Below the pieces are notes generated by a model. That model saw nothing but the letters and a program-made list of their open reading frames with translations. It had not been told where the DNA came from and searched no databases. Position numbers and translations under genes: made by a program. This document shows, one piece after another, positions 25,601 through 38,660 of a stretch of DNA of 64,000 nt; positions within the stretch are counted from its first letter, which is position 1; every line of letters begins with the position of its first letter. This DNA comes from Leucoraja erinacea. Lineage: Eukaryota. The stretch is from NCBI RefSeq assembly GCF_028641065.1, contig NC_073402.1:20708001-20772000 (forward strand), given 5' to 3'.

Positions 25601-26735
25601 CACACCTTTTGAAAGCTTTTTTTTTATAATGTTACTATAATTGGTCAATTTGCCCCTAATCACTGCACACATGCAGATACAAAGATACCACCTCATATCT
25701 TCCAAGAAGTGCAGTCCATTTCAAGGCTTCTATAAAACAGAAATACATTAAGTAATACAAACCATATTTATAGCTTTCATATGGAATGTGTTTGAATGAC
25801 ATGTAGACCAAAACTATAAAGCTAACCGAATCATTACAGTACATTACAATCTCCAATATAAGGTGAGCAAATACACTTGAAAGTACTTAATTGAGAATTA
25901 AGCACTTTAAGGAATGTCCAGTTTACAACAAACTATACGTGGAAATTCCTTATTCCTCTTCTACTATGGCATATTAGGAACACCTATAGCCGCAGGTATC
26001 TTACATTTGCTCTCCATCGGAAATTAGAGTACTAAAAACTGAAACGGATCAAAGTAATTTGGATAACAAACCAATGCTATAACAGTTGAGGTAGAAAAGG
26101 TATACAACTCACAAAATTTATTCTACCCCACCGCTGGTACACCAGTCTGCAAGAGAGTCAAAATTTATTTAAATGGAAAACAGCAACTTAATAGCCAAAT
26201 TCACGCAACCAGTAGCGCAAACATTGGCCCATTCTTAGTCACGTGTGTGACCAAAAATATGAAAATTTGTGGAATACATCTCTTCTAATTCTGAAAGCAT
26301 TACAGGTATATTGTTTTGTACTGTATATATGATTCATGTTTTTTTTTCAAAAGTTTATCAAGTGAAATTGTTGTTATGCTGACATTTGTTTCGGGTCAGA
26401 GGTCAAATATGACTGGTCACGTGTGTGGCCTCACGGAAGCATTTTTTCATAACTCAGTTTTATCTTACAAACTGTTGTGAATTTTAAAAAGCTAGAATGT
26501 TCATATCTTTAGCAGACATGCATTATACTTCTGTAGGTAGGAAAATAGCAAGAATAAGATTTATCTCTTACAAGAAATGTTTAATGTATTGCTTTATGTG
26601 ATGCCATCTGGTCACGTGTGTGACATTTTAGTTCACTTTCCAAAGAATGGCCCTATTGGTGTTCAAATATTTGGATAGAAGTAACCATCCTCTCCAATCA
26701 GACATGCAAAAAGAGCATTTCAATATATTACTCAC

Positions 26736-26899
26736 CCTTCTGGTCACCTCTTTTGCTACTTCACTGTTATATTTTTCAAAATCAAAATTCTCATCTTTGA
26801 ATGGACTGGTAAGCCTCAGGTTAGGTGGCAAACGGATGATGTCCTTTCCAAATAACTTATCAGCATTTGCCTTTGCTATTTCTAGCAACGTCTTTTTAT
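26736..26899 (-). CDS. rsrp1: RSRP1 coding exon 2
   Basis: 164 nt, DKKTLLEIAKANADKLFGKDIIRLPPNLR; matches RSRP1 DRMELLEIAKTNAAKALG...LPASLR; ttttag/gtgagt boundaries. Confidence 0.93.
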
Positions 26900-27666
26900 C
26901 TAAAAGAAAACAATATTATTATGCTGCTGCTTTTCAAACTTGTATAAATTTATCTGAGCACCCAAGAGTTGATGGAGTTCTTTCAGGATGGCAGACTGAG
27001 ACCAGGGGGCAACCAAATGTTAGAAATAACCATCCTCTCCAATCAGACATGCAAAAAGAACATTTCAATATATTACCCACCCTTTAGTTTTAGACTCCCA
27101 TACCCTGGGGGAAAAAAACTGGCTATTAACCTCATCTGTGCCCCTCACAATTTCATGCTCTTTTCAAAGTCATCCCCCAACCTCCCATGCTCCAGGAAAA
27201 GTAAAGTCCTAGCATTTCCAGCCTCTCCTGACAACTCAAGGCACTCAGTCTTGGTAACATCTTTGTAATTCATTTTTGCACCCTTTCCAGTTCACATCCT
27301 GCACTCCTGCTCCAATTTATAATGTAAAAAAATACGCGCCACCCTCTGAAAAAATTACCCCTCAAGTCCCTTTAAAATCTTTCATTTCTCATCTTAAACC
27401 TAATCCTTTTAGTTTTAGACTCCCTTATCTTGGGGAAAAGACTGGCTATTCACCTCTTCTGAGCCCCCTCACAATTTTATAAATTTCTTTTAAGTCTTAA
27501 GACTTGCAGTTCATCCCTCAGCAGATGAAAACATGCTAGCTTTTCCATTCAATCCTGGTAGCATCTTTAACTCATTTTTGTACCCAACCCCATTTACTTC
27601 CCACATGCAAAAAAGCTCCCATTTATAATTTACCATAATCTTTATTCCAATTTAAAGACATCCTAC

Positions 27667-28435
27667 CTTTTTGTGTTAAATGGATAGACCTGCCCCTTGA
27701 TCTGCTTCGGCTTCTTGTGTGTGATGATTGGGTTTTGCTGATAACATTATGGCAAGTCCTCTGTAATCCAGATGAACATCTTGACCTTGATCCTGAGCGA
27801 GATCTTCTATATCTCAAGCTGGACCTTGATCTGGATCTGTACCTTATTGGAGACCGGCAAGACATTTGATGCCTCGATCTTCGGTAACAAGATCTTGACC
27901 AGCTTCGAGACCGGGACCTTGAATTGGCACGCCTTGATCTTCTGTACTTCTCTCGTGATATGTATTTGGTCCTTGAAACCAACGTGGTATATTTTGTACT
28001 TGACCTGTGCTTTTTTACTGAACCCAATCGGGAACTGCCTGAAGAAGACAGCGAACTGGATCTGGAACTGCCAGAAGATGATATTGAACCTAATCGAGAG
28101 CTACTGGAAGATGACAGTGAACCAGATTGAGAGCTGCTCGTAGACGACATTGAACTGGATCGAGAACTGCTGGAAGATAACACTGAACCCGATTGAGAGC
28201 TGGCAGAGGATGAAACCGAACTGGATCTAGAGCTGGGAGAAGACGATAGAGAGCTTCCTGAAGACGATATCGATCCCGACTTGGAAATCTGGGATTTTCG
28301 CAAACCAGGAGTTCGGGACTGCGATGCTTTCTTATTCTTTTGGGTCTTATCAGGAGAAGAAAGTCTCAATTCATCCACACCAACAGCAATTTTCTCAGCC
28401 TTCTTTGTACTGCATCCATCTGCTTTCTGCTTCAT
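27667..28435 (-). CDS. rsrp1: Arginine/serine-rich protein 1 (RSRP1/C1orf63), first coding exon (joined CDS 1182 nt, 393 aa)
   Basis: Acceptor ttttgaaatag| at 28443, ATG 28435, Ser-rich then RS-repeat domain ending RSRSRGRSIHLTQK g|gtagga (phase 1 joins exon 2). Confidence 0.9.
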
Positions 28436-30974
28436 TTCAATGCCTATTTCAAAAATGTGTTCATGTTTCAGATCTTTGCGCAATTTAATTATTTTATAAT
28501 CAATACTTATAACTTGCAGAACTCATGTAAGCCATGTTGAATCCAATAACTGAACCAAGAATGTGGAGGGATATAGCCAAATTTCAGCTGCTAGTATCTT
28601 TTCAGACTTGTAAAATCCAGTGATTAAACTAAATGCAGCTTAATATCTTTTAATCTTGAAGCACATGAACAAAGACTTATTTTGACTGTGCTGGTTCACT
28701 AAACTTTCCTACTCCTTCTCTATTCCCCTGCACAGGTTTTCTTTTCAAGTGATGGGTAGATTACATTCTCCCTCAAAAAGCAACCTCTATAAATGCTTCC
28801 ACAAGTGATAATCCTGCAGAATACCTTGCATAAAACTACCTTCATTATTCTCCTAGTTCTTGTGCCAATTAATTTTAATCATTGATCTAGAGTTAATGAC
28901 CATTTGTCAGTATAAATTCTTATTTTCTATTAATACAACTATGACTTTGAACACCTTCTGTATGCATCCTTAACCTTCTTTACACTCAGACGACAGCACT
29001 CAAACCCAAACTTACCAAAGCTGGATTTTTCTTTCATCAAGTCAGAGGATAAATCGGCTGAATTTGCCCTGTTAACAGAACAAATTTAAAGTAAATAAAC
29101 TGTGCGCATTTAGCACAGAATTGCATGCAATTCTATTTACTGTAATTAATGTTCCCACATAAAGGATGAAGAAAATTAATAGGCCAGGCTCTAGTGACTC
29201 CTAATTCTTATCCCAAGGTTTATTATCGACTCCTTGTGGAAAATGCACCCGATTACTATCCAACTAACAACTATTCCAATACCCTCATAACAGCCCTTGA
29301 AAGATTCTGCTTCTCCTGCCAAACAAAATGAAAGTTTGCTCACTTGTCCACATTGTCTTCTGGTATCTACGTGCATTACAGCTTCAAAACTAGATTCCTT
29401 ATCCTTGCATTTACAACCAGTCATGATCTTTTTTCTGAACTCATCTTACTTCAACCCATCAACTCATCAGATTTGACACTGCAATCAGAACGTAATGATC
29501 TTATAAAAACTAGACTCAGGATCTAGTGACCCTGTCCCCCTTTGCCATTGTTGTTTGCTGGGTAGATATTAGTTTGAAATGAATATCAGAGTTCCCAAAA
29601 TAATGTTATTAAATTGGATCAGTGGCCAATCATCTCGCACAGTAAAAGCAAAATCTACAGTTTTGTACATATTCCAATGTCTTGCTTTAAACATTTAAGA
29701 GATTAATGTGGAACCCAAATTATATATGCTTTAAAATTAAACTTAAAAGTATAGTGATTTGTCCTAGAGATTTACAACTCAATTATTTTTTTAGAAAGAG
29801 GCTAACCAGTTAGATTGCTAACCAGTAATAACATTTATGCATTGCATTAAAATAAATTAGAAGCAATTTGTAGAACTGCACATCCTAAGGCAAAATAAAT
29901 AATCTTTCAGATTTCTGTATTTAACTTTTCACGTGTACTCCAGAAGATGCTGCCAGTTTTGGTGAATCCAGGGCATTGCTCCAATTGACTTTACCACAAT
30001 GTATTTCTGTCTGAACCACCCCCAACTTTTTGTCCTCCTTTTAAAAACAAAGCTCAGCTCTTGTTCAATTCACCCGCTGTACCTTTTTAAGTGTTACGTT
30101 CATTTTTAAGATTAGGTTTGTAAAGAATATTTACGTTTTCAATATTAAATGGAATCAGAAATGCAAGTGATTATTCTGCTTTTTTTTTTTAATGATATTG
30201 TAATGTTGATAAGTAACTTTACAGTCTACAAGAACTTTCACAAGGCAGTGAGCATTGTATTGCCTCGCCACTGCCATCAAATGGCGCATTTGGACCGTAA
30301 ATTAACACGGTTGTCGGGTGGGGCAGTCAGAGCCGAGCCTCATTAGCGATAACACGAGCAAAATAAGATTATGATTCGTCCGCTGATCAATTGTTTGGAG
30401 ATCCACACTCTACTTCCTGATTCGAGGAAATTATTAGTCGCTGGTGTAATCACCTTGAACAAAGGTTCAATACAATTCTGCGCTGTTAAATTGCCAATTC
30501 CGTTGATGGTTTTGAAAAGGAAAACATTTCAACAACATATTCCCCGAGTTTCACCCACTTTCCAACTAGTTAAACCACCGACTTTGACCCCAACCCAATC
30601 TACCTTCAAAGAAACAAACCCATTGACATTGACCCTCGAACCTATCGCCTGACAACACGCCCCAAACAAGGTCTTAGATAGGACTAGAAATTACAGAAAT
30701 AAACGGGTTAGACAGTAACTGAAGGGACATTTCAACTTCAAGTGAAACGACGCCCGCCTGAAACGTTGACAAGTTCTCCATTTTTTTTGTATGGAAAACC
30801 ACCCAAATCTTCAACTTGACCCCATTCCACCTGACAACCTCCTTGTCCCCTCTTCACAAATAAAACTGCGTCATACGCAACATCACCCAAACCATGAAAC
30901 CCTTTTACAAGTCCATACTTTCTAACTATGCTGGAAGCCATTTCTACAAATAATACAGTCTGATTTATCCCAAA

Positions 30975-31250
30975 ACTTACAGCTTACAGTCCCGACCCGT
31001 GTTTCTTGGCGCATCCACATGAGCGTTGCTTCGCCCGTCATCAGTCACCACCATCTTGTCAACTGCGGCGGCCGTCGCAAGCAGCTCCCTTTATAACCCA
31101 CGGTCACGGAGTCCCGCCTCCATCTCACTCCGATTGGCTCCTTCCCGCAAGTCTTTCTTCCTATTGGCTGTCGTTTCAACCCACCGAGCGTCGAGCCCTT
31201 TCTCATTGGTCAGCCCAGCCTTCAATCAGAGCTTTGGTCGCAGCCAATTC
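30975..31250 (-). promoter_or_regulatory. rsrp1 promoter and non-coding exon 1
   Basis: Minus-strand TATAAA at 31095-31090, three CCAAT boxes (~31135, ~31165, ~31207), a GC box (~31115), a YY1-like CAAGATGG near the start, and donors GTAAGC (30987) and GTAAGT (30980). Confidence 0.75.
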
Positions 31251-33682
31251 GAAGCCCCAGTGGACAGAGCTGCTGTTAATCAATTGAAAGGCAAGAGGGG
31301 TAATGCAGGCAAGGATGCAGCAGCAGTTAAAATACTGTTCAAGAGAGTTTTTTATTGTCATATGTCCCAGATAAAACAAAGACATTCTTATTTGCAGCAG
31401 CATAACATATAACAACGATGGCGGGTTGTGCAGTCTCAGTTCTGGTGAGTTCTGAGAAGAGGGCTGCTCAAAAACCTGTGCATGAATGAGTTTGAGGTGG
31501 AGAAGCTGTTGCACTGTAACAACCTCACCCTCTCGGCCGCAGAAGTCAGAGTCCAGTGATATGAAAAATCATCACGCTGGAGACTTCTTGGCTGCAGTGG
31601 ATGGTCATGTCGTCTTTAGTGCTCGGACTAGCCCTTCGTATTCCGCAGAGCGTTGCAGCATCGCCTTTCCAGCCGTTGGTTCATAAAGATCTCTTCCACA
31701 TGGTCCCCAAAGCAGACTTTCCATGAAGAATGAGCATGTCCAACAGGTTGAACTGGACTACATGGTACAAATTGCAAGGCCTTGACCTGACAGTATAAAT
31801 ATATACATATATATATATAATCAGTCTGAAGAAGGGTCTCGACTGAAAACCCATTCCTTCTCTCCAGAGATGCTGCCTGTCCGCTGAGTTATTCCAGTAT
31901 TATATGTCTATCTTCGATTTAAACCAGCATCTGCAGTTCTTTCCCACACATACATGTATGAATAATGAATAAATAAAAATGAATTAATAAAAATGTTATT
32001 GCCCAAGTATGAATACATACAAGGAATTTGCCTTGGTGCTTTGCTCGCAAAAGGATAAAAACACGACATACAGCAGACAATTAAAAATAAAACATTATAA
32101 TAAAAAAATGTGAAAATAAAGTACCAGAGAAAAAAAAGGCTACAGACTTTTGGCACATGTTTATAAGGATATACACACACATGTACATAAACACACACAC
32201 TGAACTTGTTTTCTCATTTATTATATTATTTACTGTTTACATATTCTGTTTAGCTGTTCAAGTAAGAATGTATTTGTTCTATCTAAACAGAATATATATA
32301 TACACTTATGGGTGTGTATATCTATAAAAACAAAAACAATTATAGTGTGAAACAATAATCAGGACAAACGGATTATGCTGAAGCCGTCAGGCAGCACTTG
32401 TGGGCTAGAGAACATAAGTAATGTTTTGGATGAGGATCCTTCAGACCAAAACACCAGAGGTGGCACCAGTTTCTCTGTAGCCCTTTGCTTTGCTTTTGGT
32501 CAAGTGATATTTTTCAGAGGGAACACAGTGAAATTAATTTTTATTTCCTTGCTTTGAGAATTTCTGAAATCTTTATTTAGGATTGTTTCCTTATTTATCT
32601 TTTGCTCACTTGTTTATCAAAATACAAGAACGTCAGACAACCAACATGGAACTACCATCTCACATTAACTTCAGCAATTGGATTGATCCTTCAGTCCATT
32701 CAATCTTGCAAATTCCCCCTCAAGGGCCTGGGGTTGGTATCTAAATTAGAAAAACTGTCCCACAAACTAGTCCATCAGCTGCCCAATAGTTCAACTCAAA
32801 TAATCATATCATATAAACAACACGTCGGTTCTATCACACAAGAGGTGGTGCAATCGTATAGATACAGGGTAACATGATCAAATAAACCTTATCATTGACT
32901 ATCTATCTATACGTGGAAGTTCACAACCCATTGTCAGAGTAAAATGCAACTTGTAAGCCCCTGACATGAGCATACACCGACCTATACGCATAGTCTGTGT
33001 GTACATGCACAATAAATTCTTACAATAAAAAGGTTTACTAAAATCGTACATAAATAATACTTACTATTCTCTACCAGATGAGGAATTAGCATTCTTCTAT
33101 ATCGAACAACATCTGGAAGCAGAGAAAAGCAATATCTCTCAGGCCAAATCTTCGGTTGACTATGCTATAATACCCGCTTCCTTGCCTCTAGCCCCTTTCC
33201 TATTCGAGATGCAGAAACATCAAATGCTTTTTTGCTAACTCAAAAGAGAGGGAAGATAACCGGTGCAAAAGAAGTGGTGAAACAAGAATGATTCGAGGGA
33301 ACTAGGGAATGTGAAAGACTAATTTACCATTAGATAATAGATCATTATTCTGTTGTATCTCCAATGTAGTTATTTAGAATTGTTGCATCATTGGAATAGT
33401 TCTTCAGCCTGATAATTTGGATTGTTAGAAAACTCAACGTATTACTAGAGCCATGTAATAAACAATTTCAGCCATTCAAATAAAAGTAAAAGTAGTTTTC
33501 ACCCAAACAAAATGTTAAACAAAAATTCAAAGTACGTTTTTAAATTAACCGATAGACAGAAAGAAAAGCAATAGTTTTCAAATAACAAATTTCACTCGGA
33601 GAGAACCAACAATCATTCACAGAAAACGAGCGAATGGAACAGCAATTTTCCCCCACGTGGATGGAAATGAAGCAATTATCAG

Positions 33683-33704
33683 CAAAGATCCTCTAGGATG
33701 TTTG
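33683..33704. mobile_element. 22-bp TIR-only transposon scar with 8-bp TSD
   Basis: ATTATCAG|CAAAGATCCTCTAGGATGTTTG|ATTATCAG; the ends match the TIRs of the 51445-52508 element. Confidence 0.85.
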
Positions 33705-33992
33705 ATTATCAGGAGTAACAGGAGAAAGAGAGTGGGGGGTCCCAATTTTCATCAATACCCCCCGCCGAGAGGGAAATACGACATTTTATGTGTAGGAAGG
33801 GATGTGTAACAACAGGTAGAGAGGAGGGATGATCCAGACGGTGCGCAAGTAGGTGGGGCGCTGGGAAGTCGCTCCGCTGCAGAGGGAGGGGGCGCTGCTT
33901 CGAGGAGGAAGCCTAGGCCTGTGCCAGAGTCTGTGTCCAGCGCCGGCCTCAGCTTCCAGGCCACCCCCGCCCCACGCCTGCCCGCCGCCCCT

Positions 33993-34148
33993 ATGCAGTA
34001 CGTGTCGCAGCAGAGTGCCATCTCCCAGCCCACTCAGGCCGTCCCCCCTCAGTTCGGCTACGTGATCCTAGTGTTCATTTACAGCTGGGTCATGCTAGCT
34101 TACCTGGGGGTCAAAGTGGGCATAGCTAGGAAGAAATACAACGTCAAG
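33993..34148 (+). CDS. mgst3b: Microsomal glutathione S-transferase 3b-like (MAPEG), exon 1 of 4 (joined CDS 453 nt, 150 aa)
   Basis: MQYVSQQ...PPQFGYVILVFIYSWVMLAYLGVKVGIARKKYNVK|gtaagg; resembles fish Mgst3b (FGYV..YSWVML.YLGVKVG.ARKKY). Confidence 0.88.
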
Positions 34149-35479
34149 GTAAGGAAGAAATAAATACCTTCCCGGAACAGTGAGTGCTGATTGAATGGGG
34201 TGACATTATTGATTCCCAAGGGCAGATTTTTTTTGCAACTTCTTTATCAAAGGTTCAAAGGTTATTTTATTGGTCACATACACCTAGGTGCAGTGAAATG
34301 CTTCTTGCCAAATGCTAAGGGTTTTCAGCCAACTCTTTAAACCAGCATCTGCAGTTCCATTTTATTACATTGTTTTTGTTGTCTTTTGGTACTGTTGTTC
34401 TCCATCCACTGTTATTCCACCAGGTTAAAATGTAAAGATCCTGTGTATTTTTCCCCCTAGATCTTAATTTCTAAAATGAGGGGGAGGCTTCCAAGTGGGA
34501 CAGGGCCCCAAACTCCAATTCCTCTAAGAAGGGTATTTTTCACAAAGCTAAAAGTTCATAATTATGAACATTGTGGCTGAAATCTATGTCAAAATCTTTT
34601 GAGGAAAAAAAAGTGGTGTTTAAATCTATTTAGCTAAAATGAACACCGAGTAAAATGTTAGTAAGTCCAAAATCTGTGTATTCAAATTCATTTCAGACCC
34701 ATTTTGTGGACTTTGGTTTTGCTTTACTCTGCTCCTGCTATTTTGTGGCCTAATTACATTTATATTTTCAAAAATTGTTTGTGAATATTTCAACTTATTA
34801 TTTGATTCAACATATTTGTTTTATGCATTTATTCCGCCAGTTACATTACAGTTATCCTGAGTTTTGAATACTCAACAGCAATATTGGGTTGTGTACGAAA
34901 TTCATGTTGAAAATGTAACCAATGAAGGCAATTCTGTCATGTTTACTTTAAGCAATCCATACATGCAAACTATTCTACAGTTTCCTTGCTTCTCTCTACT
35001 TCACTCTAAAATTAAACTAATTTTGTTACTTTCTTTGCTCTGCTGTCATTTTAAACATACTACTTGTCGGTTCTGCTAAATTTTTTTTTCCTGTTATTTT
35101 TGTTTAGCTTTCAATGAGATAAATGTTATTGTCATTAGTTTGCAAAATCTGGTCATTTTGGTTATTATTAATAATCTTCAAGCAAATATAAATGCTCCTG
35201 ATACCCATAATAAATTGCATCTTGATTGAGAATTACAAAAATAATACTCGTCTCACAGCTCCAGCATAAAATAAATAGAAAATGTTGGAACTACTTAGCA
35301 CATCAGGCTGCAGCTGTGGGAGGAGAAACAGACCCTTCATTAAACTTTATCTCTCACCACATTTGCTAGGTATTGATGAGCTGAGTGTTTCTGAATTTCT
35401 TTTGTTTTAGATTTTGAGCATCTGTAGTATTTTTCCACTGTACCAGCTAATCTTTATTTAAGGTCTTTAATAATACACA

Positions 35480-36120
35480 TAATGAAACACTTTATTGTCA
35501 TTTCAAACACATACAACAAAATTTCAGGGCTCTGCCCGAGCGGAGCTCCAACGTATCAAATAAATAATAACGACAATGGAAACAACAAAAACGGCATCCA
35601 AATGTGCAATATTTCACAGTATATTGTTGTAGCAGTACAAAATATTGGCTATGGGAGGGGTGTGTGTGTTCAGTTCAGAGTGGTGATGGCCTTGTGGTAG
35701 AAACTGTTTGTTAATCTTGTGCTGTGTGATTTGATGGACCTGTAACGCTTTCCTGAGGGCAGAAGGGCAAACGGGTGATGTGTGGGAAGAGATGAGTCCT
35801 CTAGTATGCGTGATGCCTTCTGCAGACAACAAGAGCTATAGATCTCTTCCAGGGTAGGCAGATGTGTGTTGGTGATCTTCTGGGCTATATTGATGACTCT
35901 CTGCAGAGCCGCCTGGTCAGCCACAGAACTGTTGCCATATCACGGTAGACAAAAGTGCTGGAGACACTCAGCGGGTGCAGCAGCATCTATGGAGCGAAGG
36001 AAATAGGCAATGTTTCATGCCGAAACCCTTCTTCAGACTGATGGAGGGTGGGGCGGGGGGCAGGGAGAAGAAAGGAAAAAGGAAGAGCAGGAGCGAAATC
36101 ATGTTGCCATACCACACCAG
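35480..36120 (-). mobile_element. Rex1-like LINE 3' fragment interrupted by a Penelope-derived repeat
   Basis: ORF 35670-35924 (ALQRVINIAQKI...LLPSGKRYRS). The insert at 35944-36101 is flanked by TGTTGCCATAtCAC / TGTTGCCATAcCAC. Confidence 0.75.
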
Positions 36121-36699
36121 GATCTGTTAATCTGTCAATTGGACCTGTTAATTTGTCAATTGACCTGTTATTCTGTTAATTGGACAGAATAACCAAAGTT
36201 TATTTCTTTTTAAGGCATTTGCGCATTATTGGTCTTCAGGAAACAAATAAAAGCAACATTATTTCCCTAATATTGCTGCCATTATGTTTCATAGTTTACA
36301 CTTAAGGCTGTAGTATTGCCAGCTAGTTTTGATATTGGATGCTGCACAAACTTTAGTTTAGTTTATTTATTGTCACGTGTACAAAAAATACAGTGAAAAG
36401 CTCTATCTTCATAGGAATTTTATTTTGTATGCTTGTGGGAAAGAATGTTACAATCATCGGGGTAGAATTTAAGCCATTGACTTGAAGAAAGCCACCTCCT
36501 CTTCCCTAACAATAATTTCAATGTGCCCTCAGCCGACCCTGAGGACCTAAATCTGATGAGACATGACTGAACATGTATGATTCTAAAGAACAAAAATATG
36601 CATGAATTAGCAACAGGAGTAAACCATTTCCCCTTCTAGCTTTCTCTGCCATTCATCAAGATCATGGCTGATGTTCTACCTCAACATTATCCTCGTGTC

Positions 36700-38045
36700 C
36701 CTTGATGCAAACTCCATCATCAAGTTTGCCGACGATACCACTGTTGTTGGACGAATCACAGATGGGGATGAGTCAGAGTATAGAAGGGAGATCAAACGAC
36801 TGACCAAATAGAGCCAGCACAACAACCTGGCTCTCACCATCAGTAAGACCAAGGAACTGATTGTAGACTTTGGTAGGGAAAGGAGGAGGACCCACAATCC
36901 TGTTCACATCAATGGGACGATGGTGGAGAGGGTCAATAACTTCAAATTCCCGGGCATGCATATTTCCGAAGATCATTCCTGGACCCGGCACACCGATGCA
37001 ATTATAAAGAAGGCATATCAGCGACTCTACTTCCTGAGAAGAATACGCAGATTCGGCATGTCGAAGAGGATTCTCTTAATCTTCTGCAGGTGCACGGTAG
37101 AGTGCATTCTGACTGGTTGCATCATGGCCTTGTTCGGCAACTTGAACGTCCAGGAGCGAAAAAGACTACAAAAAGTTGTGACCATTGCCCAGTCCATCAC
37201 CAGCTTTGACCTCCCCACCTTCGAAGGAATCTATCGTAGTGGCTGCTTCAAGAAGGCAGCCAAAATTATCAAGGACCCACACCATCCTGGCCAAGTCAAA
37301 TTTATTTGTCACATACACATACGAGATGTGCAGTGAAATGAAAGTGGCAATGCTCGCGGACTTTTGTGCAAAAGACAAACAACCAAACAAACTATAAACA
37401 CAATCATAACACACATATTCTTTTACATAATAAATAATGGAAGGAAAAACGTTCAGTAGAGTTAGTCCCTGGTGAGATATGCATTTACAGTCCGAATGGC
37501 CTCTGGGAAGAAACTCCTTCTCAACCTCTCCGTTCTCACCGCATGGCAACGGAGGCATTTGCCTGACCTTAGCAGCTGGAACAGTCCGTTGCAGGGGTGG
37601 AAGGGGTCTCTCATGATATTGTTGGCTCTGGAGTTGCACCTCCTGATGTATAGTTCCTGCAGGGTGGCAAGTGAAGTTCCCATTGTGCGTTCGGCCGAAC
37701 GCACTACTCTTTGCAGAGCCTTCTTGTCCTTGGCAGAGCAATGGCCACACACTCATCTCACCATTGCCATCAGGAAGAAGGTACAGGAGCCTGAAAACTG
37801 TAACATCCAGGTTCAGGAACAGCTTCTTCCCTGCAGCCATCAGGCTATTAAACACAACAACGATCTCTGAACTGCAAAAGATTATATTATTGCACTATAT
37901 TTGTTATTTATTTAACTTTTTCTTTTTTTTCTCTTTCCCCGTTATGTACTTTGTTTACATATTCACATATTCTGTTGTGCTGCAGCAAGCAAGAATTTAA
38001 TTGTCCCATCTGGGACACATGACAATAAAACACTCTTGACTTGAC
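36700..38045 (+). mobile_element. Rex1/Babar-clade LINE fragment containing a nested antisense Rex1 3' end (37294-37741)
   Basis: KFADDTTVVGRITDGDESEYRREI, KAYQRLYFLRR and LPSGRRYRS motifs; nested insert flanked by TGGCCA TSDs (37288-37293, 37742-37747); AATAAA and CTTGA tail at ~38025-38045. Confidence 0.88.
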
Positions 38046-38660
38046 GTCTTGATCCACGTCATGGCCAGAAATATACTGATCCCTGTTTTGAATTAACTCA
38101 AAAAATGAACTACTTCATTCATCCAAGGTAGACGATTGCAAAGGTTTACTGCTGTAAATGAAGAAATCTCTCCTCGCCTCAATCCCAAACTGTACCACTG
38201 ATCCCCTATTGCTCGGTGAGGGGAAACATCCTCTTTGCTTCGCACCTGTTAAAACCCTCTCGACCTGAAACATCACCCATTCCTTCTCTCCAGAGATACT
38301 GCTTGTCCCACTGAATTACTCTAGCTTTTTATGTCTATCTTCGGTTTAAACCAGCATTTGCAGTTCCTTACACAAAATCGTTAACAGTTTTTTTTTTATT
38401 TCAAATGACGTATCTAATGATTTATTGATTAATTCATTGTTGCCATTACATCACCAAACCCAACACTCTACTTTTTTCTGTTATTCTGCAATGTAATCCG
38501 ACATTATTTAAAGGCTTGAATCTGTTAATTTGAAATTGAATTTTTGTGGATTCATTTTCTATTGGCTGATGTTGAAAATGTGATTTTTAAAGCTGAGACA
38601 TGCACAAAAGGAACAGATCTGTTGTTTGTTTTGTGATAATATTTTTTATTTTGTTTCCAG

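Noticed and set aside
27772-28143. Plus-strand ORFs, including an acidic repeat protein
   Set aside because: They are antisense shadows of the Ser/Arg-rich rsrp1 exon.
33921-33992. GTG-initiated N-terminal extension of MGST3b
   Set aside because: There is no upstream in-frame ATG before the stop at 33807, and ATG 33993 already gives a normal-length MAPEG protein.
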